From Patescibacteria group bacterium (GTDB taxonomy: Bacteria > Patescibacteriota > Patescibacteriia > UBA10025 > JAHIVO01): a DNA stretch of 64,000 bases. Positions 28,847 through 38,067 of the stretch are shown here, one piece after another. How positions within the stretch are numbered: the first letter of the stretch is position 1; every line of letters begins with the position of its first letter. The position numbers were made by a program, and so were the translations under genes. Where the stretch lies: positions 85,226 to 149,225 of the forward strand of contig JBAZKE010000003.1 in NCBI GenBank assembly GCA_041650915.1, in the 5' to 3' direction. The notes under the pieces are model-generated. The model was not told the DNA's origin. It did no database searches and saw nothing but the letters and a program-made list of their open reading frames with translations.

Positions 28847-29857
28847 ATGCCAGAAAACGAACTTCACGCTATCGCGCAACAGATGGTCGCCGATTACAAA
28901 GGACTGCTTGCCGCGGACGAAAGCGCTCCCACGGCGGCAAAACGCCTGTCGTCAGTCGGTATGGAATCGACCGAGGAAAACCGCCGGCAGTACCGGAACC
29001 TTTTCCTGACCACGGAGGGAATCGAGCAGTACCTGTCCGGCGTTATATTTTTTGAAGAGACGCTCGCGCAAAAATCTGATGGCGGGGTGCTGTTTCCGGA
29101 GCTGCTCCAGCAGAAGGGGATCATCCCGGGGATCAAGGTTGATAAGGGCGCGAAAGACCTCGCGCTGTTTTCCGGCGAGAAGATCACCGAAGGGCTCGAC
29201 GGCCTCCGCGAGCGCCTGAAGGGGTACTACGAAGCGGGGTGCCGGTTCGCCAAATGGCGGTCGGTCATCAAGATCGAAGGCACGAAGCTCCCCTCCGAGA
29301 CGTGCCTGAGCGCGAATGCGTACGGGCTCGCGCAGTACGCCGCGCTCGTCCAAGAGGCGGGCATGGTGCCGGTCGTTGAGCCGGAGGTCCTGTATGACAA
29401 AGGCGGCCACGATATCAAGCGCGCCGAGCAGGTTACGGCCGAGACGCTGAAGGTAACGTTCGACGCGCTCGAACGCTTCCGGGTCGACCTCAAGGGCGTT
29501 ATCCTCAAATCGAGCATGGTGCTCACGAGCAAGGAGTATGAGCCCCAATCGGCTCCCGACGAGGTCGCGGCAGCCACCATACGCTGCTTCCAGCAGTCAA
29601 TACCGTCAGAGCTTCCCGGCATCGTTTTTCTGTCGGGCGGGCAGTCTTCCGAGCAGGCGACGGTAAACCTCAATGCGGTAAATACGATCAACCCAGGCCC
29701 ATGGAAAATCAGCTTTTCGTACGGCCGGGCGCTGCAGGGCGATTCACTGAAGGTATGGGCGGGCAAGCCGGAGAACGTCGCGGCTGCGCAGGCTGAGTTT
29801 GTGAAGCGCATGAAAGCGGTTACCGCGGCAAATCGCGGCGAGTATCGGGCTGCGTAG
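28847..29857 (+). CDS. Fructose-bisphosphate aldolase class I
   Basis: GLLAADES, GIKVDKG, FAKWR, VEPEV, FLSGGQS, FSYGRALQ. Confidence 0.95.
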   Translation: MPENELHAIAQQMVADYKGLLAADESAPTAAKRLSSVGMESTEENRRQYRNLFLTTEGIEQYLSGVIFFEETLAQKSDGGVLFPELLQQKGIIPGIKVDKGAKDLALFSGEKITEGLDGLRERLKGYYEAGCRFAKWRSVIKIEGTKLPSETCLSANAYGLAQYAALVQEAGMVPVVEPEVLYDKGGHDIKRAEQVTAETLKVTFDALERFRVDLKGVILKSSMVLTSKEYEPQSAPDEVAAATIRCFQQSIPSELPGIVFLSGGQSSEQATVNLNAVNTINPGPWKISFSYGRALQGDSLKVWAGKPENVAAAQAEFVKRMKAVTAANRGEYRAA

Positions 29858-29951
29858 TTTCGGTTTTCGTTCAAAAAGCGTGTATCCAGGCGCCCGCCTG
29901 ACGGCGGGCGCCTGTTTGGCGCTGTTTGTTATAAGCGCACCTTTTTGGATA

Positions 29952-30425
29952 TTATGCGAAAAACAGCGAAAAAATCAGCTCATCGGTGCCATTGTGGTAA
30001 TGGTTCCTGAGGATTGCTTCCTGCTGCATGCCCTTATTGAGGAAGAATTCCTTGATTTCGCGGTTATCCGCGTGGATCATCGAAAAAATTTTACGCAGCC
30101 GAAAACCGCGCTGCTTATAAAAATAGTCAGCTTCGGCAATGACCTGGTCAAACAGCATTTCCTTGACGTACTCCGTGTCAGCCGGTGCGGCATCGAGGGC
30201 CAGCCGGCATAGTTCCGCAACGCCGTGCGAAAGCAATCCCTCGGTTTTCCAGCTGACTAAGCCTACCACCCGGCCATGTTCTTCCGCGATGCGGTAGTGC
30301 TGGTATGCGCACTCGTTCCTGAACGTTTTCTCCGCGATTGCGAGTGACGGGAAGGAAAATTTTTTTGCTAAGAGATCCGAAACCTGCTGGCTATCCTGGC
30401 GCGAAGCCCTCCGTATTGTCGCCAT
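29952..30425 (-). CDS. GNAT family acetyltransferase
   Basis: IRRAS, IAEEHGRVVG, HADN..KEFF..KGM..EAILRNHY. Confidence 0.75.
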   Translation of the reverse strand: MATIRRASRQDSQQVSDLLAKKFSFPSLAIAEKTFRNECAYQHYRIAEEHGRVVGLVSWKTEGLLSHGVAELCRLALDAAPADTEYVKEMLFDQVIAEADYFYKQRGFRLRKIFSMIHADNREIKEFFLNKGMQQEAILRNHYHNGTDELIFSLFFA

Positions 30426-30648
30426 GTAAAATGATTTCTGTTATTTTTTTTGAATGTAGTATCAATTATAGCAGATCGGCAGAAAAAATCAAGAGCAGGG
30501 CATGAGCAGAATCATTTTTTTGCTTGCCGCTTGCAGAAAATTCCATCAAGAATAAAAAAAAGAGGCGGCACGTGGACCGTACGCCAAGAAAAACGGCACT
30601 CCTGGAGTTGGCGGAGTGCCGTCTGTTTTTTTGTGGGAGCTCTCATCC

Positions 30649-31968
30649 CTAGAACCATGCGGTCGTAGTGATTGCGCCTCCCTCGAATCCTGTTGTGCCG
30701 AATGCCCCCGTCGCTTCAAACCGGACGTTTCCGAGCCGTCCGCCGCAGCTGAGCATATGCTGCTCGTGCCCGGGGCTCTCGAGCTTTCGCTCCATGAAAT
30801 CGAACGTGACCTCTTCCTGGTAGCTGTAGGCGTATCCCAGGAATGGCTGGGATCTGAATCGGGTCCAGGTGTAGTACACCGCGCCTTTGAAGCTCTTACT
30901 CACGAGATAGTCCGTGGGCTCGAACTCGAAGTACGCTGCGTACCAGCCGATCTTTCCGTGCTCCTGGGTATGGATATCCTGCACCCTGATGTCGAACGAC
31001 TGGTTGTTTACCACCCTCGTCGGCATGAGCATCGAACGGAAACCGGCCCGGAACAGCATGTTGAGCACGGCATCGGGCATGTCATGTCCGTAGAACGAGC
31101 CCATTGCGTAGATGTTCTTGCTCCCCGGTTTAATCGTCGCCTTGGCGTACAGCGACGGCGACCACGAGGTTGAGTCGTCCGATGACGGCAACCCGATGGC
31201 GATTGTCCACGCCCTCGTCTCCCCGCTCCACTCGAGCGAGTCAATGCGGTGGGCGAAGCCAGCGCCGATGCGCCACGGCCCGGCGGGCACGAGGCAGCTC
31301 ACCATGAGTTTGTCTCTGAAGCGGTGCTCTTGGCCGGGCTCCTGGGCGTAGTGCCGCGAGAATCCCGCGTACAAGTACCGGTTCGTTTCGATCGGCTTCT
31401 GGACCGGCGTGCCGTCCGGGGCGAAACCAGTGCAGTATGCCGTGTTCGTCATCGTCCGCTCCGCCATGGCAAAGTAGATTTCCGGCGATTGCCCGTAGAA
31501 GAGCTCCTCGCCGTATTCGATGCGCCAGGTTCGCGACGGCCGGTACTCGAGGTACATGCCGAGAGCCTGTGTCGCCGCGCCGTTGTCACTGTCGACCCAC
31601 GAGTTGTACACGAGCCGGAGCTTCACTTTTCGCGACATGATCGCGGTGCCTCCGAATGAATTCTCGGATTTGTTCGTGCCGAGGCCGGTGAGCTCTACGT
31701 TCCGGTAGTCGAACCCCGTCGTACGAAACGTGAAGAGGGTATATGGCCCCGACGAGAGGGAAAGGTTGGTGCCGTACGTACCGTACGTACCGCGGTTGTC
31801 GTTACCGAGGAATTTATCGAGCCAGCCGAACTCGCCGGTCAGGCGAAAATCAGTAATGGCCCGATAGCTCGCTTCAGCGCTTCCCTGGCCATGCGGCTGG
31901 GCGCACACTGCCGATGCTGATGCAACAAGCAGAACGCACAGCACTGCGATTGTTTTCTGTCTGTACAT
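30649..31968 (-). CDS. Secreted beta-rich hypothetical protein
   Basis: AGGAGG SD, signal peptide MYRQKTIAVLCVLLVASASAVCA, C-terminal AWF, terminator at about 30591-30632. Confidence 0.75.
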   Translation of the reverse strand: MYRQKTIAVLCVLLVASASAVCAQPHGQGSAEASYRAITDFRLTGEFGWLDKFLGNDNRGTYGTYGTNLSLSSGPYTLFTFRTTGFDYRNVELTGLGTNKSENSFGGTAIMSRKVKLRLVYNSWVDSDNGAATQALGMYLEYRPSRTWRIEYGEELFYGQSPEIYFAMAERTMTNTAYCTGFAPDGTPVQKPIETNRYLYAGFSRHYAQEPGQEHRFRDKLMVSCLVPAGPWRIGAGFAHRIDSLEWSGETRAWTIAIGLPSSDDSTSWSPSLYAKATIKPGSKNIYAMGSFYGHDMPDAVLNMLFRAGFRSMLMPTRVVNNQSFDIRVQDIHTQEHGKIGWYAAYFEFEPTDYLVSKSFKGAVYYTWTRFRSQPFLGYAYSYQEEVTFDFMERKLESPGHEQHMLSCGGRLGNVRFEATGAFGTTGFEGGAITTTAWF

Positions 31969-32140
31969 TGTTTCCCTCCTGGGGTTTTTGGTTGTTATTG
32001 GTTCAGTTTCTATTTTCTGGTTGGCCGTTAACCTTACCAGCGGTTCTGGCGTGCTGTCAAGCGGGCGTATTGCATACTGTGCCACGGCGCGGTACTATGG
32101 ATACGGAAAAAATATCGGCCTTTTCATGAGGAGGAGCAGC

Positions 32141-32608
32141 ATGGATATATCGCGTTCCCTACAGTGCTTCATGTGCCGCGGCGCGTGCAGCTGCATCATT
32201 GGTTTCAGCGACGGCAAGGGCCACTCCTGGACCTTCTGGCGCTGCCCGGCCTGCAGCCGCAACCTCATCGAGGTCGGTGAGGGTATCCGCGTTGAAATCG
32301 TGGTAACGGACGTCGAGGTAGGCGAGTTTCTCAGGCGAACCCTTAGCGGCACGTTTGACCACGCCGCTCTGGAACAGCTCTTTACCGACAGCCGGATATT
32401 CCACTGTCCCCGGTGCGGGGGCCAGCTCAGCGAAGCGGGTAAGCACCGGGTCTACATTACGAAGCAGTCGGAGATCGAGGGTCGCATACGTTCGGTAACG
32501 GTGCAGGCGGAGCTACAGTGTACGCGGCGTTTCTGCGGACCGCGCACGTTCACGGCTACCTATCGCCGCGGCAACCAACATTACACGCTCGAGGAGCGTG
32601 CGGGGTGA
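32141..32608 (+). CDS. Zinc-ribbon hypothetical protein
   Basis: GAGGAGGAG SD; CFMC, CPAC, CPRC, CTRRFC motifs. Confidence 0.7.
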   Translation: MDISRSLQCFMCRGACSCIIGFSDGKGHSWTFWRCPACSRNLIEVGEGIRVEIVVTDVEVGEFLRRTLSGTFDHAALEQLFTDSRIFHCPRCGGQLSEAGKHRVYITKQSEIEGRIRSVTVQAELQCTRRFCGPRTFTATYRRGNQHYTLEERAG

Positions 32609-32673
32609 CCTCTCTCATTACGGGAGAGGTCGCGTTTTTTGTCCGGCACGCCGACTTGGAGTATACTGACTGC

Positions 32674-33189
32674 ATGGGACAGAAGAAGCTTATCGTTTTT
32701 TTTGGGAAACCGGGCGCCGGCAAATCGACGATCATTCGAGAGACGTTTGCCCAGGAAAGGATTGTTGATGTTAAGGATTATGTTCTTCGCTACCGGGCGG
32801 GAGACGACGTTCCGGAGGAGAAAACAATCGACGGGTACCGTGATATGTACCGCTTTGTTATCTCACTGAAGGATCCCGTAGTCGTGCTCGAGCTCGGCAC
32901 GAACCATCCCGTGTACAACGTTGAACAGCTGAAGGCGCTGGGAGCATCGAGGGTGGTCGTGATTTTTCTATGTACCGCGTCGGTTGATACGCTCGATGAG
33001 CGGCTCCGGAACCGGTCAGCCCGCTTCATCGGCGACCTGGCCAGGATACGCGAGCGGCTGCAGCGCCCGTTTCCGAACGAACTTATTCCGCTCCTTGAGT
33101 TGGCGGGTTTGTCCTATACAGTACTCGATATGGAACAGCCCTGGACAGATAACGTGATTTTAATCAACCAGCGGCTGCGTGATGCATAG
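32674..33189 (+). CDS. P-loop nucleoside/nucleotide kinase-like protein
   Basis: FFGKPGAGKST Walker A, ERLRNR lid. Confidence 0.75.
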   Translation: MGQKKLIVFFGKPGAGKSTIIRETFAQERIVDVKDYVLRYRAGDDVPEEKTIDGYRDMYRFVISLKDPVVVLELGTNHPVYNVEQLKALGASRVVVIFLCTASVDTLDERLRNRSARFIGDLARIRERLQRPFPNELIPLLELAGLSYTVLDMEQPWTDNVILINQRLRDA

Positions 33190-33997
33190 TATGCGGGTGC
33201 AACGGGCACAATTTCAACGGACTGTTCTGAATTACTACCGGCAGTGCAGGCGCGATCTGCCGTGGCGGCATGCGATAACGCCCTATAAGGTTTTTGTTTC
33301 AGAAATCATGCTGCAGCAGACGCAGGTGAAGCGCGTTATCGAGCGGTACCCCGTATTTATCAGGGAGTTCCCCGGTTTTGCTGCGCTTGCCCGGGCGCCG
33401 CTGAGAAGAATACTCGCGGCCTGGAGCGGGCTCGGGTACAACCGCCGGTCCCTCGCACTCAAGCGCTCCGCCGAAATTATCGTCCGAAGCTACCGCGGAC
33501 GGCTGCCGCGCACGCTCGCAGAACTCGTGGCGCTTCCCGGCGTCGGTCACGCGACGGCGTGCGCTGTTCTTGCGTACGCATTCAACGAGCCGGTCGCGTT
33601 CATCGAAACGAATATCCGTACGGTGTACATCCACCACTTCTTCCGTGATCAGGGAAAAGTCTCTGACCAGGACATCCTGCGGCTCGTTGAAGCAACGGCC
33701 GACCGCCGTAATCCGCGGCAGTGGTACTGGGCGCTCATGGACTACGGCACGCACATCAAAAAACGGTACGGCAATCCCGGCAGGAAGAGCGCGCACTATG
33801 TCCAACAGCCGCCGTTTGGGGGGTCGCACCGGCAGGTGAGGGGCAGGGTGCTCGCCACGCTTGCGAAACGGGCATGCAGCGTACGCGAGCTCGGGCAAGG
33901 ACTGCAGATGCCCCTCCGCCCGATTCAGGAAGCGGTGAACGAGCTGCAGCAGGAAGGTTTTATCGCCGCTGGCAGGGGGCGATACCGGATCGCCTGA
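33182..33997 (+). CDS. mutY: MutY-like HhH-GPD adenine glycosylase, short form
   Basis: RDLPWR, SEIMLQQTQV, WSGLGYN, LPGVG, ETN, ALMDYG. Confidence 0.85.
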   Translation: MHSMRVQRAQFQRTVLNYYRQCRRDLPWRHAITPYKVFVSEIMLQQTQVKRVIERYPVFIREFPGFAALARAPLRRILAAWSGLGYNRRSLALKRSAEIIVRSYRGRLPRTLAELVALPGVGHATACAVLAYAFNEPVAFIETNIRTVYIHHFFRDQGKVSDQDILRLVEATADRRNPRQWYWALMDYGTHIKKRYGNPGRKSAHYVQQPPFGGSHRQVRGRVLATLAKRACSVRELGQGLQMPLRPIQEAVNELQQEGFIAAGRGRYRIA

Positions 33998-34025
33998 AGG
34001 CACACAAGTGGTGTATACTTACGGT

Positions 34026-34616
34026 ATGGCAACGGAGAAGCGGATAAACAGAATCCAGGAAGTGGTTGAAAAGCGGCAGTCAGGGATGACTGTTGTTTTG
34101 GAAGATATTCATGACCCCCACAATATTGAAGCCATTTTCCGCAGCTGTGATGCCTTCGGCATCCAGCGGGTGTGCGTCATTTTTGAGCGTGAGCAGTATT
34201 TCAATCCCAAGCGGATCGGCAAGTCCACCTCCTCATCAGCAAATAAGTGGCTCGATTTTTCGGTCTACCGGTCTACGGGCGAGTGCCTCGACGCGCTGGC
34301 CGCAAGCCGGCACTCGATCGTGGCGACGTCGCTGCGGCCGACGGCGGCCAGCATCTACACGGCGGATTTCAGTGCCGAGCGGATCGCGCTGTTCGTGGGC
34401 AATGAGCACCGCGGCCTGTCACAGAGCGTATACGAACGCGCCGACACGGTCGTGAGGATCCCGATGCTCGGCATGGTCGAGAGTTTGAATGTTTCGGTGA
34501 CTGCCGCGGTTTTTCTCTACGAGATTAGCCGCCAGCGCGCCGCTGCCGGCAAAACGTTTCTCCTGAGCGGCCCCGATCGGGACGGGCTCGCACGCGATTT
34601 ATTACAACGACAGTAG
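34026..34616 (+). CDS. SpoU/TrmH family RNA methyltransferase
   Basis: DPHNIEAIFRSCDAFG, GNEHRG, IPMLGMVESLNVSV. Confidence 0.92.
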   Translation: MATEKRINRIQEVVEKRQSGMTVVLEDIHDPHNIEAIFRSCDAFGIQRVCVIFEREQYFNPKRIGKSTSSSANKWLDFSVYRSTGECLDALAASRHSIVATSLRPTAASIYTADFSAERIALFVGNEHRGLSQSVYERADTVVRIPMLGMVESLNVSVTAAVFLYEISRQRAAAGKTFLLSGPDRDGLARDLLQRQ

Positions 34617-34619
34617 GAT

Positions 34620-35576
34620 ATGATAAACCGATGGTTAAAATTTGTGCTGCTCTTCCTCGGGCTCTGCGTGGTTGTCGTCTGCGCTTCGTACCTCGTTCCG
34701 CTGCCGGAGCAGGAGTATACTGATCTGAGCGACCTCGTTCCGAGCACCGGGCACCTGATAACCGTGCAGGGCATTAGGACGTTCGTTGAGGATGTCGGCC
34801 CCCGTGACGGAGAGGTTGTGCTGCTCATACACGGTTTCGGCGGGGGAACATTCAACTGGCGGTACACGATTCCGGCACTCAGCCGCGCAGGCTACCGCGC
34901 GATCGCATTCGACCTCAAAGGTTTCCATCTGAGCGATAAGTCGGGGGAAGAAAATTACTCGCTTCCGAGCCAGGCGGCTTTTGTCTCTGCGGTGCTCGAC
35001 GAGCTGGGCATAGAACGTTTCAATGTGGTCGGCCACAGCATGGGCGCGCATGTCGCCGCACTCTTTGCGCTGCAGAACCCGGACCGCGTCAAGAAGCTCA
35101 TCATTGTCGATGGCGCGATCATGACGGAAGACAGCTCGCTGCTCAATGCCGCCGGATCGCTCCTTTCGTTTCCGCCGATCGGGCGGTGGGCGCAGATTTA
35201 CCTCCGCTCATTCCTCACCAGGGAAGAGATCGGCGAGAGGCTCGGGAAATTTTATCACGATCGGGGATTCATAACTGACCAGCTCATCGGCGAATATGCC
35301 GCCGTGACCCGGCTGGAGAACTGGGATGCGGGCTTGATAAAATTCGTGAAAGATTCCAGGAAAAATACGCTCGAGCGCCCGCTCTCAGGCCTTGCCATGC
35401 CGGTGCTGATTATCTGGGGATCGGAAGATGAGGCGGTGCCGGTCGAGTCTGGCAACGAACTGCGCGCACAGATGCCTTCTGCCGAGTGGACCGTTTTTTC
35501 AAACGCTGGCCACGTGCCGATGGAAGAGCGTTCGGATGCGTTCAATGTTCGTTTGCTGGAGTTTTTACGGTTTTAA
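34620..35576 (+). CDS. Membrane-anchored alpha/beta hydrolase
   Basis: N-terminal TM, HGFGG, GHSMG nucleophile elbow, GSED, AGH. Confidence 0.92.
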   Translation: MINRWLKFVLLFLGLCVVVVCASYLVPLPEQEYTDLSDLVPSTGHLITVQGIRTFVEDVGPRDGEVVLLIHGFGGGTFNWRYTIPALSRAGYRAIAFDLKGFHLSDKSGEENYSLPSQAAFVSAVLDELGIERFNVVGHSMGAHVAALFALQNPDRVKKLIIVDGAIMTEDSSLLNAAGSLLSFPPIGRWAQIYLRSFLTREEIGERLGKFYHDRGFITDQLIGEYAAVTRLENWDAGLIKFVKDSRKNTLERPLSGLAMPVLIIWGSEDEAVPVESGNELRAQMPSAEWTVFSNAGHVPMEERSDAFNVRLLEFLRF

Positions 35577-35861
35577 GTAGCACTGCCTCTTGCCGGATTC
35601 CTGGCTTTTCCCCGCATGTCAGCGCAGCGGGGAGTTTTTTAGTCCCCTTGACCTGCCTGCCAGCTCGTTGTATGCTGCCTTGGGTTTTGTGGAAAAAGAC
35701 ATTGACAATGATATAGGCTTATGTTAAAGTCCGTTAAATATCAACCGCACATTACCAATGTGAAATAGCAATTTAATACAGCCTATTTTAGGATAATAGG
35801 CTGAAGTAACGCAAACCTTTTCATAGGAAGCAGCTCTCGTAAGTAGAGTTGAAGGAGGTCA

Positions 35862-36461
35862 GTGTCCATGTTGGACGAATTTGAAAGAAACGGGAGAGTA
35901 TATAAACCAGGGGATATGCTCCTGTTTGAAGAGTCTAATGGACCGGGATTCGCGAACTCACTCTGGCTCTCAAGGATAACGTCGATTGAGGATCGTGGAT
36001 CCGGGTTGGTTGTGGCTGATCTTGGCGTTGGCGGGGAATATTGCTTGACGGGGCATTTCTGTATCGCCCACAACTATGCAGAACATGAAACCTGGCGCTG
36101 CGGTGCAAGTCATTGCTGTCCACTCTACGTGACCATCGTTGATGACAATTTCAAGTGGGGGGTCTCACCTGAACAACTTGAGTACGGCATGCTCATAGTG
36201 TACAGAGCGGCGGAAGATTATTGGCCTACGCCGATCCGCATTGGGAAAATACAGCGATATGACCATCCTCATGAATTGAGCTATCGGACTCATGGGGAGA
36301 TCGAGTTTTCCCTTCTCAATACAGATCGTATCCTCCGGTATCTGCCTGAGGAGGAACATAAGTGGCAGTTGTGGCTGTCGGGTCGCGACGTTTTCCCAAG
36401 GAAGGAGATACAACTTGCGCTGTTGCACAAAAAGGAAAACAGTGCTCCAAAGAACAAATAG
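35862..36461 (+). CDS. Hypothetical protein
   Basis: AAGGAGG SD, TTGACA N17 TAAAGT promoter at 35702, hairpin plus T-run after the stop. Confidence 0.7.
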   Translation: MSMLDEFERNGRVYKPGDMLLFEESNGPGFANSLWLSRITSIEDRGSGLVVADLGVGGEYCLTGHFCIAHNYAEHETWRCGASHCCPLYVTIVDDNFKWGVSPEQLEYGMLIVYRAAEDYWPTPIRIGKIQRYDHPHELSYRTHGEIEFSLLNTDRILRYLPEEEHKWQLWLSGRDVFPRKEIQLALLHKKENSAPKNK

Positions 36462-36667
36462 CACTGTACATTTTCCGACATAGGGTGTCCAATTATTTAT
36501 CAACAATGATTTATGGACACCCTTTTCTTTTTCCAAAAAACTATTGCGCGAATTTTTAAAATGTGCTATAATGCCATTAACGTAATAAAGGTTTTTATTT
36601 TTTCTCTTTTATATTTTTGGAGTGATACGCTAGCAAACTTTACACTTTTCGAAAGGGGGTGAAAGTC

Positions 36668-36796
36668 ATGGCGAAGAAAAAGAAAGCAGCAAAGAAGCGG
36701 AAGCCGGTGAGGAAAGTGGCAAAACGGAGGAAGCCGGCAAAAAGGAGAAAGGTTGCCAAGAAGAAAGTAGTTCGCAGAAAGAAACGGAGAAAGTAG
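36668..36796 (+). CDS. Protamine/histone H1-like basic protein, 42 aa (not in ORF track)
   Basis: MAKKKKAAKKRKPVRKVAKRRKPAKRRKVAKKKVVRRKKRRK; SD AAGGGGGTG; TTGCGC N17 TATAAT promoter. Confidence 0.8.
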   Translation: MAKKKKAAKKRKPVRKVAKRRKPAKRRKVAKKKVVRRKKRRK

Positions 36797-36945
36797 CATC
36801 GGAGTTACTTTAGTATACGGGCACATTGCCTATATAACCTTAAGAGCGGCACACTATGGCCGCTTTTAAGGTTTATAAGGCTTGATACGTCGGCTGTAGT
36901 ATACTAAAGAGGCGGTGCATCGGGCGCCGCTATCGGTAAAAACGT

Positions 36946-37761
36946 ATGGAATATATCTACCTGGGGGTGCTTTTTATCTCAGCCGGCCTGCTCGCAATAG
37001 CGTATTATTCGAGCGTTCCCGGCAGGGCTGAGCTCCAGGACCGCCTTCCGAATAAACCAACGAAACGCGCAATCATTCCGTCAGCCATGCTCATCCTGCT
37101 CCTCGGTGCGGGAATATGGTACATGGGTGCGGTATCAGTCGGGGCATTCCATCCCTCGAAGGTGCTGCTCGTAATTTTTGCGCTCCTTGTTTTTGAATCA
37201 TTTTTTATTCTCTCCCTTCGCTGGTTTCGTTCGAACACGTTTGCCGTGCTGGCGTGCTCCGCGGCGACCTGCCTCCTGTTCTGGGCATACTTTACGGTGC
37301 AGGTGTTTTTTATTTTCAACGGCATCGTGATCATCGCAACACTCGGTGCGGCGACCCTGCTCGTGCGGCTCGGGTACCTCCGTACGCGCCTGCTGTTTAT
37401 CGTCACTGTCCTATGGGTTGCATACGACGTCATGCTCGTCCGGTACGTGCTTCCGAACGTTACCGTGCCAGCTGACTCGCCAAGCCCCTCATTTTTATTT
37501 CCTGCCGTCACAGTCGGGCACGTGAGCCTCGGGAGCGGCGATTTCATGTTTCTATCCCTGTTCACGCTCGTGCTCCTCCGGGATTTTGGCAGGCTCTCGG
37601 CAGCTGTCCACGTCATCCTGCAGGGTACCCTCTATTTCATCACGGGCCTTGCGGTTCCCGAAGCGGGGTTTTTGCTGCCGTTTTTAGTTATCATGGCTCC
37701 CGCTTTTTTCCTCGTGTACGGTACGTCATACTACAGTAGCAGGGCGAAGCGCATATCATAA
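36946..37761 (+). CDS. Presenilin/SPP-like GxGD intramembrane aspartyl protease candidate
   Basis: Multi-TM; AYDV, LGSGDF and PAL-like LPFL in presenilin order. Confidence 0.65.
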   Translation: MEYIYLGVLFISAGLLAIAYYSSVPGRAELQDRLPNKPTKRAIIPSAMLILLLGAGIWYMGAVSVGAFHPSKVLLVIFALLVFESFFILSLRWFRSNTFAVLACSAATCLLFWAYFTVQVFFIFNGIVIIATLGAATLLVRLGYLRTRLLFIVTVLWVAYDVMLVRYVLPNVTVPADSPSPSFLFPAVTVGHVSLGSGDFMFLSLFTLVLLRDFGRLSAAVHVILQGTLYFITGLAVPEAGFLLPFLVIMAPAFFLVYGTSYYSSRAKRIS

Positions 37762-37767
37762 TGGCGA

Positions 37768-37805
37768 ATAAAAAAACCGCACGCTTCGGGACGTGCGGTT
37801 TTTAT
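37768..37805. terminator. Bidirectional terminator
   Basis: AAAAAAACCGCACG...CGTGCGGTTTTT between convergent genes. Confidence 0.85.
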
Positions 37806-37814
37806 CGATAGTAT

Positions 37815-37991
37815 TTACGCTCCTTTTTTTGTGAAGCTCTTGATGCAGCGGGCGCAGGCACGCACTTTCTTCCCTTGGTAAATGGTTTGTTGGAGATTGA
37901 GCTGCCGTTTCCGCTTCGTTGCTATATGCGAGTGGCTCCGCGTATTGCCGGCCTGAGCGCCGCGTCCACAGATTTGACACCGTTTTGACAT
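37815..37991 (-). CDS. rpmB: 50S ribosomal protein bL28, zinc-binding type (not in ORF track)
   Basis: MSKRCQICGRGAQAGNTRSHSHIATKRKRQLNLQ...CARCIKS, 58 aa. Confidence 0.95.
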   Translation of the reverse strand: MSKRCQICGRGAQAGNTRSHSHIATKRKRQLNLQQTIYQGKKVRACARCIKSFTKKGA

Positions 37992-38067
37992 AAGTTGCCT
38001 TCGCTAATTAAATTGGTATACTTAACGGTACCACAGCGTGGCAATCAGTCAAGTATTAACATGCCGT

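Noticed and set aside
35770-35852. Leader with TAATACAGC...GTAGAG resembling a twister ribozyme
   Set aside because: The conserved L4 loop and P4 stem cannot be built; only a simple hairpin is supported.
37756-37980. 74-aa minus-strand ORF from the track
   Set aside because: Wrong frame; the real gene is rpmB at 37815..37991.
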